64,000 nucleotides of DNA from an uncultured Actinomycetota bacterium (GTDB lineage Bacteria > Actinomycetota > Humimicrobiia > Humimicrobiales > Humimicrobiaceae). The notes beneath the pieces were generated by a model. That model was not told where the DNA came from. It did no database searches and worked only from the letters and a program-made list of their open reading frames with translations. The stretch is from positions 1,269 through 65,268 of the forward strand of contig CAZKVH010000005.1 of assembly GCA_964556165.1 (NCBI GenBank). The letters run 5' to 3'. A program made the position numbers and the translations under genes. Positions 20,615-30,191 of the stretch are shown here, in pieces. The first letter of the stretch is position 1, and every line of letters begins with the position of its first letter.

Positions 20615-21664
20615 TTAAGTGCTTATTCTTGAATTAAAAATTTCGGTAAGGCTTCTTCTAAAAAGATTAAGACTCCTTATAACCTGGCAGTAATCCATTC
20701 TTTTCGGCCCCAAAACGCCTATTGCTCCGGCTGAGCTTCCGTAAATTTTGTATCTTGAAGCTATCAGGCTTAAATCTTCAGTGCCTTCCTCGAACAATTC
20801 TGAACCAATCTTCACCACAAAATCACTATCTTCCGAAAAATTAAGTAACATTTTCATAAGTAAATATTCATTTTCTATGACCCTCAGGATATTATGAATC
20901 TTTCTCAGGTCAATAAATTCGGGCTGTTTTAATATAACTGATGCCCCATGAACAAAGATTTTATTATACTGAAAATTCTCTTTGATACACTCTCTAATTA
21001 AATCAATAATCTTATTAACTAAAAGCACCAGGTTTGAATCACCCTTCTGCAGCTTTATATCCCCCATATTTATATCAATTATGCTCTTATCCCTCAGTTG
21101 CAAATTCATTACGTTAGAAGCCGACTGTAAATCAAGTTCCGTATATTCTCCCGGCAGGGAAGTGTTCCTTTTATAAACTCTTCCTGTATCAGTAATAAGC
21201 ACCATCAGAATATTATCGCCGCAGAATTTTAAGAGCTCAATATGCTTGAATTTACTCTGCTGTATCGTAGGAGCAATGACCATTGACAGATAGCTGGTAA
21301 ACTCGGCCAGCATTTCAGCAGACTTCTGCAGGACAGCCTCTATCTCCATATTCCTGTAATTAGCTATATCTATTGCATTGCTGGTTTTATCATCGTTATC
21401 GATACCTGCATTAAGCTCTTCTTTTATTAAATTATCTACATAAAAACGGTACCCTTTATCAGTTGGCATTCTACCTGCAGAAGTATGGGGATGAGTAAGA
21501 TAACCCATTGATTCAAGCTCTGCCATTTCCTTCCTTATAGTTGCTGTGCTAATGTCAAACTCTATTTTTTCTGATATTTCCTTTGACGAAACAGGGTCAG
21601 CATTTTCAATAAAACTATCCACAACTTCTTTAAGAATTCCGATTTTTCTATCACTAAAATTCAT
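20615..21664 (-). CDS. hrcA: heat-inducible transcription repressor HrcA
   Basis: 349 aa. N-terminal winged helix (ILKEVVDSFIENADPVSSKEISEK) and HrcA C-domain. Confidence 0.9.
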   Translation of the reverse strand: MNFSDRKIGILKEVVDSFIENADPVSSKEISEKIEFDISTATIRKEMAELESMGYLTHPHTSAGRMPTDKGYRFYVDNLIKEELNAGIDNDDKTSNAIDIANYRNMEIEAVLQKSAEMLAEFTSYLSMVIAPTIQQSKFKHIELLKFCGDNILMVLITDTGRVYKRNTSLPGEYTELDLQSASNVMNLQLRDKSIIDINMGDIKLQKGDSNLVLLVNKIIDLIRECIKENFQYNKIFVHGASVILKQPEFIDLRKIHNILRVIENEYLLMKMLLNFSEDSDFVVKIGSELFEEGTEDLSLIASRYKIYGSSAGAIGVLGPKRMDYCQVIRSLNLFRRSLTEIFNSRIST

Positions 21665-21847
21665 ATCTTATCACTACCTGTAAATAAAATTATCTACACT
21701 TTTTTAAGCTAATATTAATTGCACTATATTGTTATTATACCATTGTTATTAAGACTTTTTTATGTTAATATCCATTAGGCTTAAAGGAAAGCCAATTATT
21801 TTTCCTGTATATTATAGAGAAAATTCTTTGAAAATTAAATACGTATA

Positions 21848-21990
21848 ATACTTGGGGGAGCTCACAGGCTGAGAGGATGGCTCGTTAAAGCTATCGACCC
21901 CTTATAACCTGACCTGGGTAATGCTAGCGTAGGGAAAGTAGGAATTAAGAAAGCTACTTAAACTCGGGTTGGTAGCTTTTTTTATTTTAA
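21848..21990 (+). promoter_or_regulatory. TPP (THI-box) riboswitch with intrinsic-terminator expression platform
   Basis: Aptamer carries the GGGGAGC..CUGAGA..ACCUGACCUGGGUAAUGCUAGCGUAGGGAA hallmark. It is followed by the hairpin AAGCUACUUAAACUCGGGUUGGUAGCUU plus a U7 tract (21951-21987), then thiE about 100 nt downstream. Confidence 0.88.
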
Positions 21991-22091
21991 AAAAATATAA
22001 AAAAATTATAAAAAAATATTTATATATCCATCTCTCAAGTTTTTGATAGGTGAATCCAGGCCAGAGATGTTGTAGAATCAACAATTCCTGA

Positions 22092-22745
22092 ATGGAAAAA
22101 CAAATGAAAGAAATATTAAATAACATAGACCTGTATTTTATAACTGACCCGGCTTTAACCAGAAAAACTGTTCTGGAAGATGTAGAGGCTGCATTAAAAG
22201 CAGGGGTAAAAATAATACAATACAGGGAAAAAAATAAAAACACCCGGGATATGGTGGAAGAGGCAGTTAAAATAAGAGAGCTCTGTTTTAAAAACAATGC
22301 TTTATTGATTATAAACAACAGGGTTGATGTTGCTCTTGCGGTTGATGCCGATGGAATACATCTCGGCAACGAGGATATGCCTTACCAGACTGCAAGAAAA
22401 ATACTCGGAAATGAAAAGATAATAGGACTGACGGTACGCAATATTAAAGAGGCACTAAAAGCCCAGAATGAAGGCGCTGATTATATAGGAGTGGGCCCTA
22501 TTTTTGAAACCCGCACCAAAGAAGATGCCGGGGTACCATCCGGAATAAAATTTATAGAAGAGGTAAAAAAAACAATAAAGATACCATTTGTGGCTATTGG
22601 TGGAATTAATGAAAGCAATATTGATTATGTTCTTAAAGCAGGCGTAAAATCCGTTGCAATTATATCAGCTATAGTCACAGGTCCGGATGTTGAAAAAGAA
22701 TCTAAAAAGTTTAGAAATATTATTCTTAACTATAAAAAAATATAA
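22092..22745 (+). CDS. thiE: thiamine-phosphate synthase
   Basis: 217 aa ThiE fold (..IQYREK..GADYIGVGPIF..TK..GGI). Confidence 0.9.
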   Translation: MEKQMKEILNNIDLYFITDPALTRKTVLEDVEAALKAGVKIIQYREKNKNTRDMVEEAVKIRELCFKNNALLIINNRVDVALAVDADGIHLGNEDMPYQTARKILGNEKIIGLTVRNIKEALKAQNEGADYIGVGPIFETRTKEDAGVPSGIKFIEEVKKTIKIPFVAIGGINESNIDYVLKAGVKSVAIISAIVTGPDVEKESKKFRNIILNYKKI

Positions 22746-22862
22746 AAATATTTTTTTTGACTATTTTATATTTAAAAATTTTTCTAATTAAAAGCAAGGA
22801 TTGCAAAAAGATATATAATAAAAATATGAGGATAAATCATTAAAGGGAGGCTCAAATTTTAA

Positions 22863-24143
22863 ATGACTCAATTAACACAGGCATTAAATGGAAAAATAAC
22901 CAGACAAATGGAAATAGTAGCAGAACAGGAAGGATTAACTGCCGAATTTATAAGGGAGAAAATAGCCAGTGGCAGCATGGTAATCCCTTATAATAAAAAA
23001 CACAAATCCATGAAATCAATCTGCGCTATCGGCGAGGGAGCAAGTATTAAAGTCAATGCCAACATAGGTACTTCATCCGACCATGACAACCTTGATGAAG
23101 AATTAAAAAAGCTCGAGGTAGCAATTGAAGCAAAAACTGACACCGTAATGGATTTAAGTACAGGTAGCGATATAGATAAAGCAAGAAGAGAAATTATCAA
23201 AAATTCCCCTGTACCGGTAGGAACAGTTCCCATCTATCAGGCTGCCGTTGAAGCAGCAAAAGTAAAAGGTATCATAAACATGACTGGAGAACAGATTTTT
23301 GAAGTAATTGAAAGACAGGCAGAAGATGGGGTTGACTTCATGACCGTTCACTGCGGTGTAACTATAGAATCCATTAACAAATTAAAAACGCAGAAAAGAC
23401 TTCTTGATGTTGTAAGTAGAGGTGGGGCTTTTTTAATAACATGGATATTGTCCAATAAGAAAGAAAACCCGCTTTACGAGAACTTCGACAGACTCATAAA
23501 AATTGCAAAAAAATATGATATAACACTGAGTCTGGGAGACGGATTAAGACCGGGCTGCCTTTCTGATGCAACAGACAGGGGGCAGGTTCAGGAATTGTTA
23601 ATCCTTGGCGAACTTGCAAAAAAAGCCAGGGAAGAAGGTGTTCAGATAATAATAGAAGGACCGGGCCACATGTCAATAGACCAGATAGAAACAAATGTCC
23701 TGTTAGAGAAAAAACTCTGCAACAATGCACCCTTTTATGTACTGGGACCACTGGTTACAGACATAGCATCAGGCTATGACCATATAGCAGGTGCCATTGG
23801 AGGCGCGCTAGCAGGCTACTATGGAGCTGATTTTCTCTGTTATCTTACTCCATCCGAACACTTGAGATTGCCCGAAATTGAAGATGTAAAAGAAGGAGTT
23901 ATCGCTTCTAAAATAGCAGCTCATGCAGCAGACATCGCCCGGGGAAGAAAAAATGCCATGTTGCCGGATATAGAAATGGCAAAAGCAAGGAAACAGCTAA
24001 ACTGGAGAAAACAATTAAAACTATCCATTGACCCCGTAAAAGCAAGAAGATTCAGAAAAGAAAGCAAGATAATGAGCAAGGGCTGTACAATGTGCGGTAA
24101 GTACTGCGCAATTGACCTGGTAGATAAATTTCTTAATGGTTAA
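22863..24143 (+). CDS. thiC: phosphomethylpyrimidine synthase ThiC (short form)
   Basis: 426 aa radical-SAM ThiC with the C-terminal CTMCGKYC cluster motif. Confidence 0.92.
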   Translation: MTQLTQALNGKITRQMEIVAEQEGLTAEFIREKIASGSMVIPYNKKHKSMKSICAIGEGASIKVNANIGTSSDHDNLDEELKKLEVAIEAKTDTVMDLSTGSDIDKARREIIKNSPVPVGTVPIYQAAVEAAKVKGIINMTGEQIFEVIERQAEDGVDFMTVHCGVTIESINKLKTQKRLLDVVSRGGAFLITWILSNKKENPLYENFDRLIKIAKKYDITLSLGDGLRPGCLSDATDRGQVQELLILGELAKKAREEGVQIIIEGPGHMSIDQIETNVLLEKKLCNNAPFYVLGPLVTDIASGYDHIAGAIGGALAGYYGADFLCYLTPSEHLRLPEIEDVKEGVIASKIAAHAADIARGRKNAMLPDIEMAKARKQLNWRKQLKLSIDPVKARRFRKESKIMSKGCTMCGKYCAIDLVDKFLNG

Positions 24144-24227
24144 AATAAAAGAGAAAATTTTAAAAAACTATATTTGTAGATATATCAATAGATAAAAAAA
24201 TATTAAAATAAAAAAATGGACTTATAA

Positions 24228-25175
24228 ATGGATATTTCTAAAATAGGAGGGGAATTCGCCTTAATCGAAAGGCTTTCAAAAAAGCCCGTCAATAAAGACA
24301 TAATAAAAGGGATTGGCGATGACGCTGCAGTCATAAAAAAAGGAGATAGATACCTTGTCTTTACCACCGATACGCTGGTGGAGGGCGACCATTTCTCATT
24401 CAAGTACTTTACCCCCCTGCAGGCTGGCAAGAAAGCAGTTGAGATAAACGTCTCTGATATAGGAGCCATGGGTGCAAAACCTGAGTATTTTCTTGTTTCA
24501 CTGGTCCTGCCAGAAAAAATTGACGCAGAAATAATTGAAGAAATATACAGGGGTATGAGGAGCGCAGGAAAGAAATACCAGATTGAAATAATCGGAGGCA
24601 ATGTAACTCATGGCAATCAGCTTATAATAGATATATGCATGATTGGAGAGGCAAAAAAAGATAACCTCAAGTTCAGGTCATCCGCAAAGCCCGGTGATTT
24701 TATTATGGTTAGTGGAGACCTTGGTTCAAGTTCTGCAGGTTTGAATTTATTTCTGAAAAATGTGGATGGATTCGAAGAGGTGAAAAAGAAGCATCTGGAA
24801 CCTGAAGCAAAATTTTACAAAGTTATGCCCTTCTTAAAATACATAAATGCAATGATTGATGTATCGGACGGTCTTGCTTCTGAAGTAAAGCGAATATGTG
24901 AACAGAGCGGCACCGGTGCTGTTATCTACGAGGATTCGATTCCAATAAAACCTGCAACGGAAAAAGCAGCAAAAGTATCCGGTAAAAAGGCAATTGACTT
25001 TGCCTTATATGGCGGCGAGGATTTCGAACTGGTTTATACTGTATCAAAAGAAAACTTTGATAAGGTAAAAGGATATAAGGTAGGAGAAATAACAAGAAAA
25101 AAAGGTGTAAGACTATTAAGAAACGGTAAAGAAGAAATCATAAAAAAACATGGCTGGGACCATTTCTTAAGCTAA
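24228..25175 (+). CDS. thiL: thiamine-monophosphate kinase
   Basis: 315 aa AIR-synthase-related (PurM-like) fold. N-terminal GDDAAV..DTLVEGDHF is characteristic of ThiL. Confidence 0.85.
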   Translation: MDISKIGGEFALIERLSKKPVNKDIIKGIGDDAAVIKKGDRYLVFTTDTLVEGDHFSFKYFTPLQAGKKAVEINVSDIGAMGAKPEYFLVSLVLPEKIDAEIIEEIYRGMRSAGKKYQIEIIGGNVTHGNQLIIDICMIGEAKKDNLKFRSSAKPGDFIMVSGDLGSSSAGLNLFLKNVDGFEEVKKKHLEPEAKFYKVMPFLKYINAMIDVSDGLASEVKRICEQSGTGAVIYEDSIPIKPATEKAAKVSGKKAIDFALYGGEDFELVYTVSKENFDKVKGYKVGEITRKKGVRLLRNGKEEIIKKHGWDHFLS

Positions 25176-25486
25176 TCTGCACTGCCTCCCCGGTCTCACA
25201 ACATAAAGTAATCCTTCCAGTTAAAGATAAAAATACATAAGTTCTTTCCTGTAATAATTCACAATTTTAAATTATTATTACCCATCCTCAAAGCCAGAAT
25301 ATAAAAAAAAACTGCAGTAAAAACCCTGATTTTTAGATAATAAAAATTAGCTTAAAAATAGTTTTACGGTATAATTGTTATATTTCATTATGGTTTTTAA
25401 TATAATTTCTGTAAAATACATAAAATATATAAATAATTCTATATATAAGAATACATTAACATGAGTATTAAGAGGAGATAAGTAAA

Positions 25487-26599
25487 ATGGACCCAAGAAT
25501 AAAAAAACTTGCAGAAAATCTTGTGAATTATTCATGCAGGGTAAAAAAAGGCGAAAAAGTTCTAATAGAGTGCGTGGGTAATTCAGCAATACCGCTGGTA
25601 AAAGCTCTGGTGAAAGAAACTTACAAAGCGGGGGCCATACCTTTTACTGATTTAAAAGATTCCTCGACTACAAGAGAAGTATTAAAAGAGTGCACCATGC
25701 AGCAACTAAAATCCATGGCTAAATATGACCTCGTAAGGATTAAAGAAATGAATGCTTTTATTGGCATAAGAGCAAGTGATAATATAAGCGAACTCAGCGA
25801 TATTGAACCCGAAAAAATCAACGCTTATATGAAATACTATATCGAACCAGTAAGTGTAGATAGAATAACCAATACGAAGTGGGTAGTGCTGAGATACCCC
25901 AATTCTTCGATGGCACAGCTTGCAAATACGAGCCTTGAGGCATTTGAAGATTTTTATTTCAAAGTCTGTAACCTTGATTATTCCAAAATGTCAAAAGCAA
26001 TGGATAAGCTTGTAAAAATCATGAACAAAACCGACAGGGTGCACATAACCGGCAGGGATACTGATTTTAAATTTTCAATAAAGGATATACCCGCTATAAA
26101 ATGTGCCGGGGAATTCAACATACCGGATGGAGAAGTTTTTACCGCTCCTGTAAAGACTTCTGTTAACGGCACTGTAACCTTTAACACCCCTTCTGTTTAT
26201 CAGGGCGTTGTCTATGAAAATATCAGTCTTGTATTTAAAGACGGCAAAATCATTAAAGCTACATCAAACGACACCAGAAGAATCAACAGGGTTTTCGATA
26301 CCGATGAAGGCTCAAGATATGTAGGAGAATTTGCCATTGGAGTAAACCCCTATATTAAAAAACCAATGAAAGATATACTTTTCGACGAGAAGATAATGGG
26401 AAGCTTCCACTTTACACCGGGGAAATGTTATGAAGAGGCTTCAAACGGCAATAACTCTGCAATACACTGGGATCTCGTCTGCATACAGACAGCGGAATAT
26501 GGCGGAGGAGAAATTTATTTTGATGACATTCTTATTAGAAAGAATGGTAGATTTGTATTGCCCGAACTTGAATGCCTGAATCCCGAAAATTTAAAATAA
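25487..26599 (+). CDS. aminopeptidase, M29 (AmpS/PepS) family
   Basis: 370 aa with thermophilic-aminopeptidase family motifs (..NIPDGEVFTAP.., ..FAIGVNP..). Confidence 0.8.
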   Translation: MDPRIKKLAENLVNYSCRVKKGEKVLIECVGNSAIPLVKALVKETYKAGAIPFTDLKDSSTTREVLKECTMQQLKSMAKYDLVRIKEMNAFIGIRASDNISELSDIEPEKINAYMKYYIEPVSVDRITNTKWVVLRYPNSSMAQLANTSLEAFEDFYFKVCNLDYSKMSKAMDKLVKIMNKTDRVHITGRDTDFKFSIKDIPAIKCAGEFNIPDGEVFTAPVKTSVNGTVTFNTPSVYQGVVYENISLVFKDGKIIKATSNDTRRINRVFDTDEGSRYVGEFAIGVNPYIKKPMKDILFDEKIMGSFHFTPGKCYEEASNGNNSAIHWDLVCIQTAEYGGGEIYFDDILIRKNGRFVLPELECLNPENLK

Positions 26600-26666
26600 A
26601 TATTCTCCAGATTTAGAAAGAAAGATTTTTATAAAATCTAAAAAAATTATAAAGACTGCCGGTGAT

Positions 26667-28919
26667 TTATTTAACTTTTTTTATGGGGGCAAAGCTTACC
26701 AGAAGGTGTTTCAGGCCTACCTGTCCGAATATTACATCAAGCTCACAGTCATCAGAAAGTTTTTTAACTTTCACTACCTCGCCACTACCCCAGTATTTAT
26801 GCTCTATAATATCGCCTTTTTTATAAGCATAATCCCTATCGTATTCATTTCTGTATTCTTCAAGGCTTCTACTTTTGCTCCCCTTTTCTAATTCATTTTC
26901 ATCTATAAGCAAATCCTGGGAAATTTCATTCATAAATCTTGAAGCAGTCCTGAAACTCGTATCTCCATAAATGCTATGCGAGCGTGAAGCGGAAAGGAAA
27001 ACCTTCTCTTTAGCCCGGGTTATGCCAACATAACAGAGCCTTCTTTCTTCTTCCAGCTCCTCAATACTATTCATACTCCTTGAATGAGGGAAAATCCCCT
27101 CTTCCAGCCCTATTATAAAAACAACAGGAAATTCCAGGCCCTTGGCGTTGTGAAGGGTCATAAGAACCAGACCATCTGTATTCTCGTCATAATTATCTAT
27201 ATCAGTGAGTAGAGATACTTCCTCAAGGAATTTATCCAGGTTATATAGACTTTCTTCCTTAGTACTTTCATCTCCCGGACTAGCTCCGCCTTTCTCCTGT
27301 TTGCCAGCAGCTGGGTCAGTTTCTGATATATCAGTCAGCTCGTAGTCAAACTCAAATTTTTCTTCATATTCTTTAGTAACAGTCAGAAGCTCCTTAAGGT
27401 TATCTATTCTATTTAAAGCTTCTATGGTATTTTCATGTTCAAGCTCACTCAAATACCCTGTTTTCCCCCATATTTTCTTTAGCACCCTGCTAACGCCATT
27501 TCTCATGGCATAATCTCTTAGCTCTGACATAAGAGAAATAAAACCACTTATTCTTTCTTTGGTAGTATTGCTCAGCAGGTTAATTTCTTCAACTCTATAA
27601 AAAGCCTCGCAGAATGTCATATTATTTTTTCTCGAATAATTCTCTATAACCGAAATCGTGGTCTTGCCGATCTTACGCCTCGGAATATTAACAATTCTTA
27701 CAAGACTTACGACATCCTTAGGATTAACTATCAGCTTCATATAGGCAAGCATGTCCTTTATCTCTTTTCTGTCATAGAACCTCAAACCTCCATAGATTTT
27801 ATAGGGTATATTCTCTCTTACCAGATGTTCTTCAACGGCTCTTGACTGGGCATTTGTCCTGTAAAAAATAGCAAAATCTTTATATTTCTTATTACTCCTT
27901 ACCATATAATTTTTTATTTTTTTTACTATAAAACCAACCTCGTCTTTTTCATCCAGGGCTATGTATTTTGATACTCTTTCTCCTTCTGGATTCTCGGTCC
28001 ATAATTTCTTATCTTTTCTATTTTCATTGTTTTTTATTATACAGTTTGCTGTATTCAAAATATTTTGAGTAGAGCGGTAATTCTGTTCCAGTCTTATGAC
28101 AACAGTATCGTCAAACTGCCTGTCAAACTCAGTAATATTCCTTATCTCAGCTCCCCTCCAGCTGTATATGCTCTGGTCATCATCACCAACCACACACAAT
28201 CTCCTGTGCTCTTCAGATAAAAGCATAACAATTTCATTCTGAGCAATATTGGTATCCTGGAATTCATCAACAAGGATATACTTAAATTTCTCCTGATACT
28301 TTTTTTTGACCTCGGGATAGAGCTTAAAAACATTGGCAGTAAACATCAGCAGGTCATCAAAATCAAGAGCGCTGGCTTTAAACAATTTCTCCTGATACCT
28401 GGAGTAGATTTTAGATACCATTTTTTCAAAGTAGTCAGTCGCACTTAACGAATAATTTTCATGGTCAATTAACCTGTTTTTGGCATCGCTGATAACTGAA
28501 AGCACGGCTTTTGGAGGGAATCTTCTGATATCCAGGTCCAGCTCTTTCTCTACATTGGTCACAAGACTTACAGAGTCTTTTTCATCATAAATAACATAAT
28601 TCCTGGACATTCCCAGATAATGTATTTCATACCTGAGTAATCTTGCACAGAATGAATGAAAGGTGCTGACCCACATATATTCGCCTATCCGGCCTACAAG
28701 TTCTATCACTCTTCTTTTCATTTCTCTTGCCGCTTTATTGGTAAAAGTGATAGCTAAAATATTAAAGGGGTCCACTCCTTTATTTTTAATGAGATGTGCA
28801 ATCCTGTATGTAAGAACTCTTGTCTTCCCACTGCCCGCACCTGCAATAACCAGAAGTGGTTTTTCGGTGCTTTTTACAGCTTCAATTTGCTGGGGATTTA
28901 AATATTTTTCCAGTTCCAA
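26667..28919 (-). CDS. pcrA: ATP-dependent DNA helicase PcrA/UvrD
   Basis: 750 aa SF1 helicase with motif I AGAGSGKT and motif II DEFQDTN. Confidence 0.92.
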   Translation of the reverse strand: MELEKYLNPQQIEAVKSTEKPLLVIAGAGSGKTRVLTYRIAHLIKNKGVDPFNILAITFTNKAAREMKRRVIELVGRIGEYMWVSTFHSFCARLLRYEIHYLGMSRNYVIYDEKDSVSLVTNVEKELDLDIRRFPPKAVLSVISDAKNRLIDHENYSLSATDYFEKMVSKIYSRYQEKLFKASALDFDDLLMFTANVFKLYPEVKKKYQEKFKYILVDEFQDTNIAQNEIVMLLSEEHRRLCVVGDDDQSIYSWRGAEIRNITEFDRQFDDTVVIRLEQNYRSTQNILNTANCIIKNNENRKDKKLWTENPEGERVSKYIALDEKDEVGFIVKKIKNYMVRSNKKYKDFAIFYRTNAQSRAVEEHLVRENIPYKIYGGLRFYDRKEIKDMLAYMKLIVNPKDVVSLVRIVNIPRRKIGKTTISVIENYSRKNNMTFCEAFYRVEEINLLSNTTKERISGFISLMSELRDYAMRNGVSRVLKKIWGKTGYLSELEHENTIEALNRIDNLKELLTVTKEYEEKFEFDYELTDISETDPAAGKQEKGGASPGDESTKEESLYNLDKFLEEVSLLTDIDNYDENTDGLVLMTLHNAKGLEFPVVFIIGLEEGIFPHSRSMNSIEELEEERRLCYVGITRAKEKVFLSASRSHSIYGDTSFRTASRFMNEISQDLLIDENELEKGSKSRSLEEYRNEYDRDYAYKKGDIIEHKYWGSGEVVKVKKLSDDCELDVIFGQVGLKHLLVSFAPIKKVK

Positions 28920-28929
28920 ATTTCATCAA

Positions 28930-29748
28930 CTATCTTATTTTCTTTCCAATTGCACCAGACATGTTTCTTAATTGTCTGATTAACTCGACTAACTCTTTTG
29001 AATTCAACTGCTGCTGCCCGTCTGACAGTGCCTTGCTCGGGTTAATATGAGATTCCACAAGAAGGCCGTCAGCACCAACGGCAAGTGCAGCCCTGCTCAT
29101 AGGAATAACCAGGTCACTCTGCCCTACGGCATGCGAGGGGTCTATTATTATTGGAAGTTTGCTAAGTTTCTTTATAACAGGTACTGCCGATAAATCCAGA
29201 GTAAACCTTGTACTTGTTTCAAACGTCCTTATCCCCCTTTCACATAGCACCACTTCTACTTCAGCTTTATAGGTTATATACTCTACAGCCAGCAGCCACT
29301 CCTTTATAGAAGAAGCCCAGCCTCTTTTCAGTATAACCTTTTTATTTTTTCTGGCTGCCACTTCTCCGATTTTTTCAAGTAGTGCAAAATTGGACATATT
29401 CCTGGTGCCAACCTGAAGTACGTCCGCGTTATCCGCAACTACATCAACATTTTTGGTATCAGTAACTTCGGTTACGGTCTTAAGACCATATTTCTCACCA
29501 ATCTCCCTTAAATGCCTTAAACCTTCTTCCTTCAGACCCTGAAAACTATAAGGGGAAGTTCTTGGTTTATAAGCGCCACCTCTTATATATAAAAGACCCA
29601 GGTCTCTTATAACCTTTGCACTCTCCTCAAGCTGCTCCCGGCTTTCAATTGCACATGGACCGGCAATCACAGTAAAGTATCCTTCTTTAACAAGGCTATC
29701 ATTTTTTTTGTTTACGGCTTCTTTAGATTTTTCTTTCCTGGCTTCCAT
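28930..29748 (-). CDS. aroF: 3-deoxy-7-phosphoheptulonate (DAHP) synthase, class I-beta core (KDO8P-synthase-like fold)
   Basis: 272 aa DAHPS/KDO8PS family. Immediately downstream of a stand-alone chorismate mutase, a split form of the Bacillus-type CM-DAHPS fusion. Confidence 0.75.
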   Translation of the reverse strand: MEARKEKSKEAVNKKNDSLVKEGYFTVIAGPCAIESREQLEESAKVIRDLGLLYIRGGAYKPRTSPYSFQGLKEEGLRHLREIGEKYGLKTVTEVTDTKNVDVVADNADVLQVGTRNMSNFALLEKIGEVAARKNKKVILKRGWASSIKEWLLAVEYITYKAEVEVVLCERGIRTFETSTRFTLDLSAVPVIKKLSKLPIIIDPSHAVGQSDLVIPMSRAALAVGADGLLVESHINPSKALSDGQQQLNSKELVELIRQLRNMSGAIGKKIR

Positions 29749-29876
29749 TTAAATAAATCTCTTTCTTTTTCTCTAAAATAAATTTCCTAATAAAAAATAA
29801 TTGTTTAAATTAGCTTTCTTTAAGAATAATATTTTTCATATCATTCTTATTATTAACAAACAGAACTCCGGTATCT

Positions 29877-30161
29877 TTAAAGATTTTCGTCTTTCTCGAG
29901 AACCTGAACATTCCTCAGGATGCATTCGAAAATTTGAATTATATTATCGTTATAAAGAGGACCTTTGTTATATTTGACGATATTATCAAACAATTCCTCC
30001 TCCCTTTTGGCATCATAAAGGGGAACATTCCTGTCTTCTTTTAACTTCTTTACTTTCATTACTACAACTGCTCTCTTATTCAAAAATTCCACTATCTTTT
30101 CATCTATTTTATTTATATCCTCTCTATATTCAACCAGCTTCTCTTTAAACTCGTCCTTCAT
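29877..30161 (-). CDS. chorismate mutase (AroQ class, stand-alone)
   Basis: 94 aa all-helical CM_2 pattern (REDINKIDEKIVEFLNKR). Confidence 0.75.
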   Translation of the reverse strand: MKDEFKEKLVEYREDINKIDEKIVEFLNKRAVVVMKVKKLKEDRNVPLYDAKREEELFDNIVKYNKGPLYNDNIIQIFECILRNVQVLEKDENL

Positions 30162-30191
30162 AAGTACTCCTTTTAATTATTTAATTCCCAC

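Noticed and set aside
21665-21847. Searched for CIRCE upstream of hrcA
   Set aside because: No TTAGCACTC-N9-GAGTGCTAA-like element seen allowing about 3 mismatches. Only AT-rich promoter-like sequence.
21902-22369. 155-aa minus-strand ORF
   Set aside because: Overlaps the TPP riboswitch and the 5' part of thiE on the opposite strand. Translation is low-complexity. Spurious.
22988-23751. Several 65-85-aa minus-strand ORFs inside thiC
   Set aside because: Antisense to a well-supported conserved gene, with no motifs.
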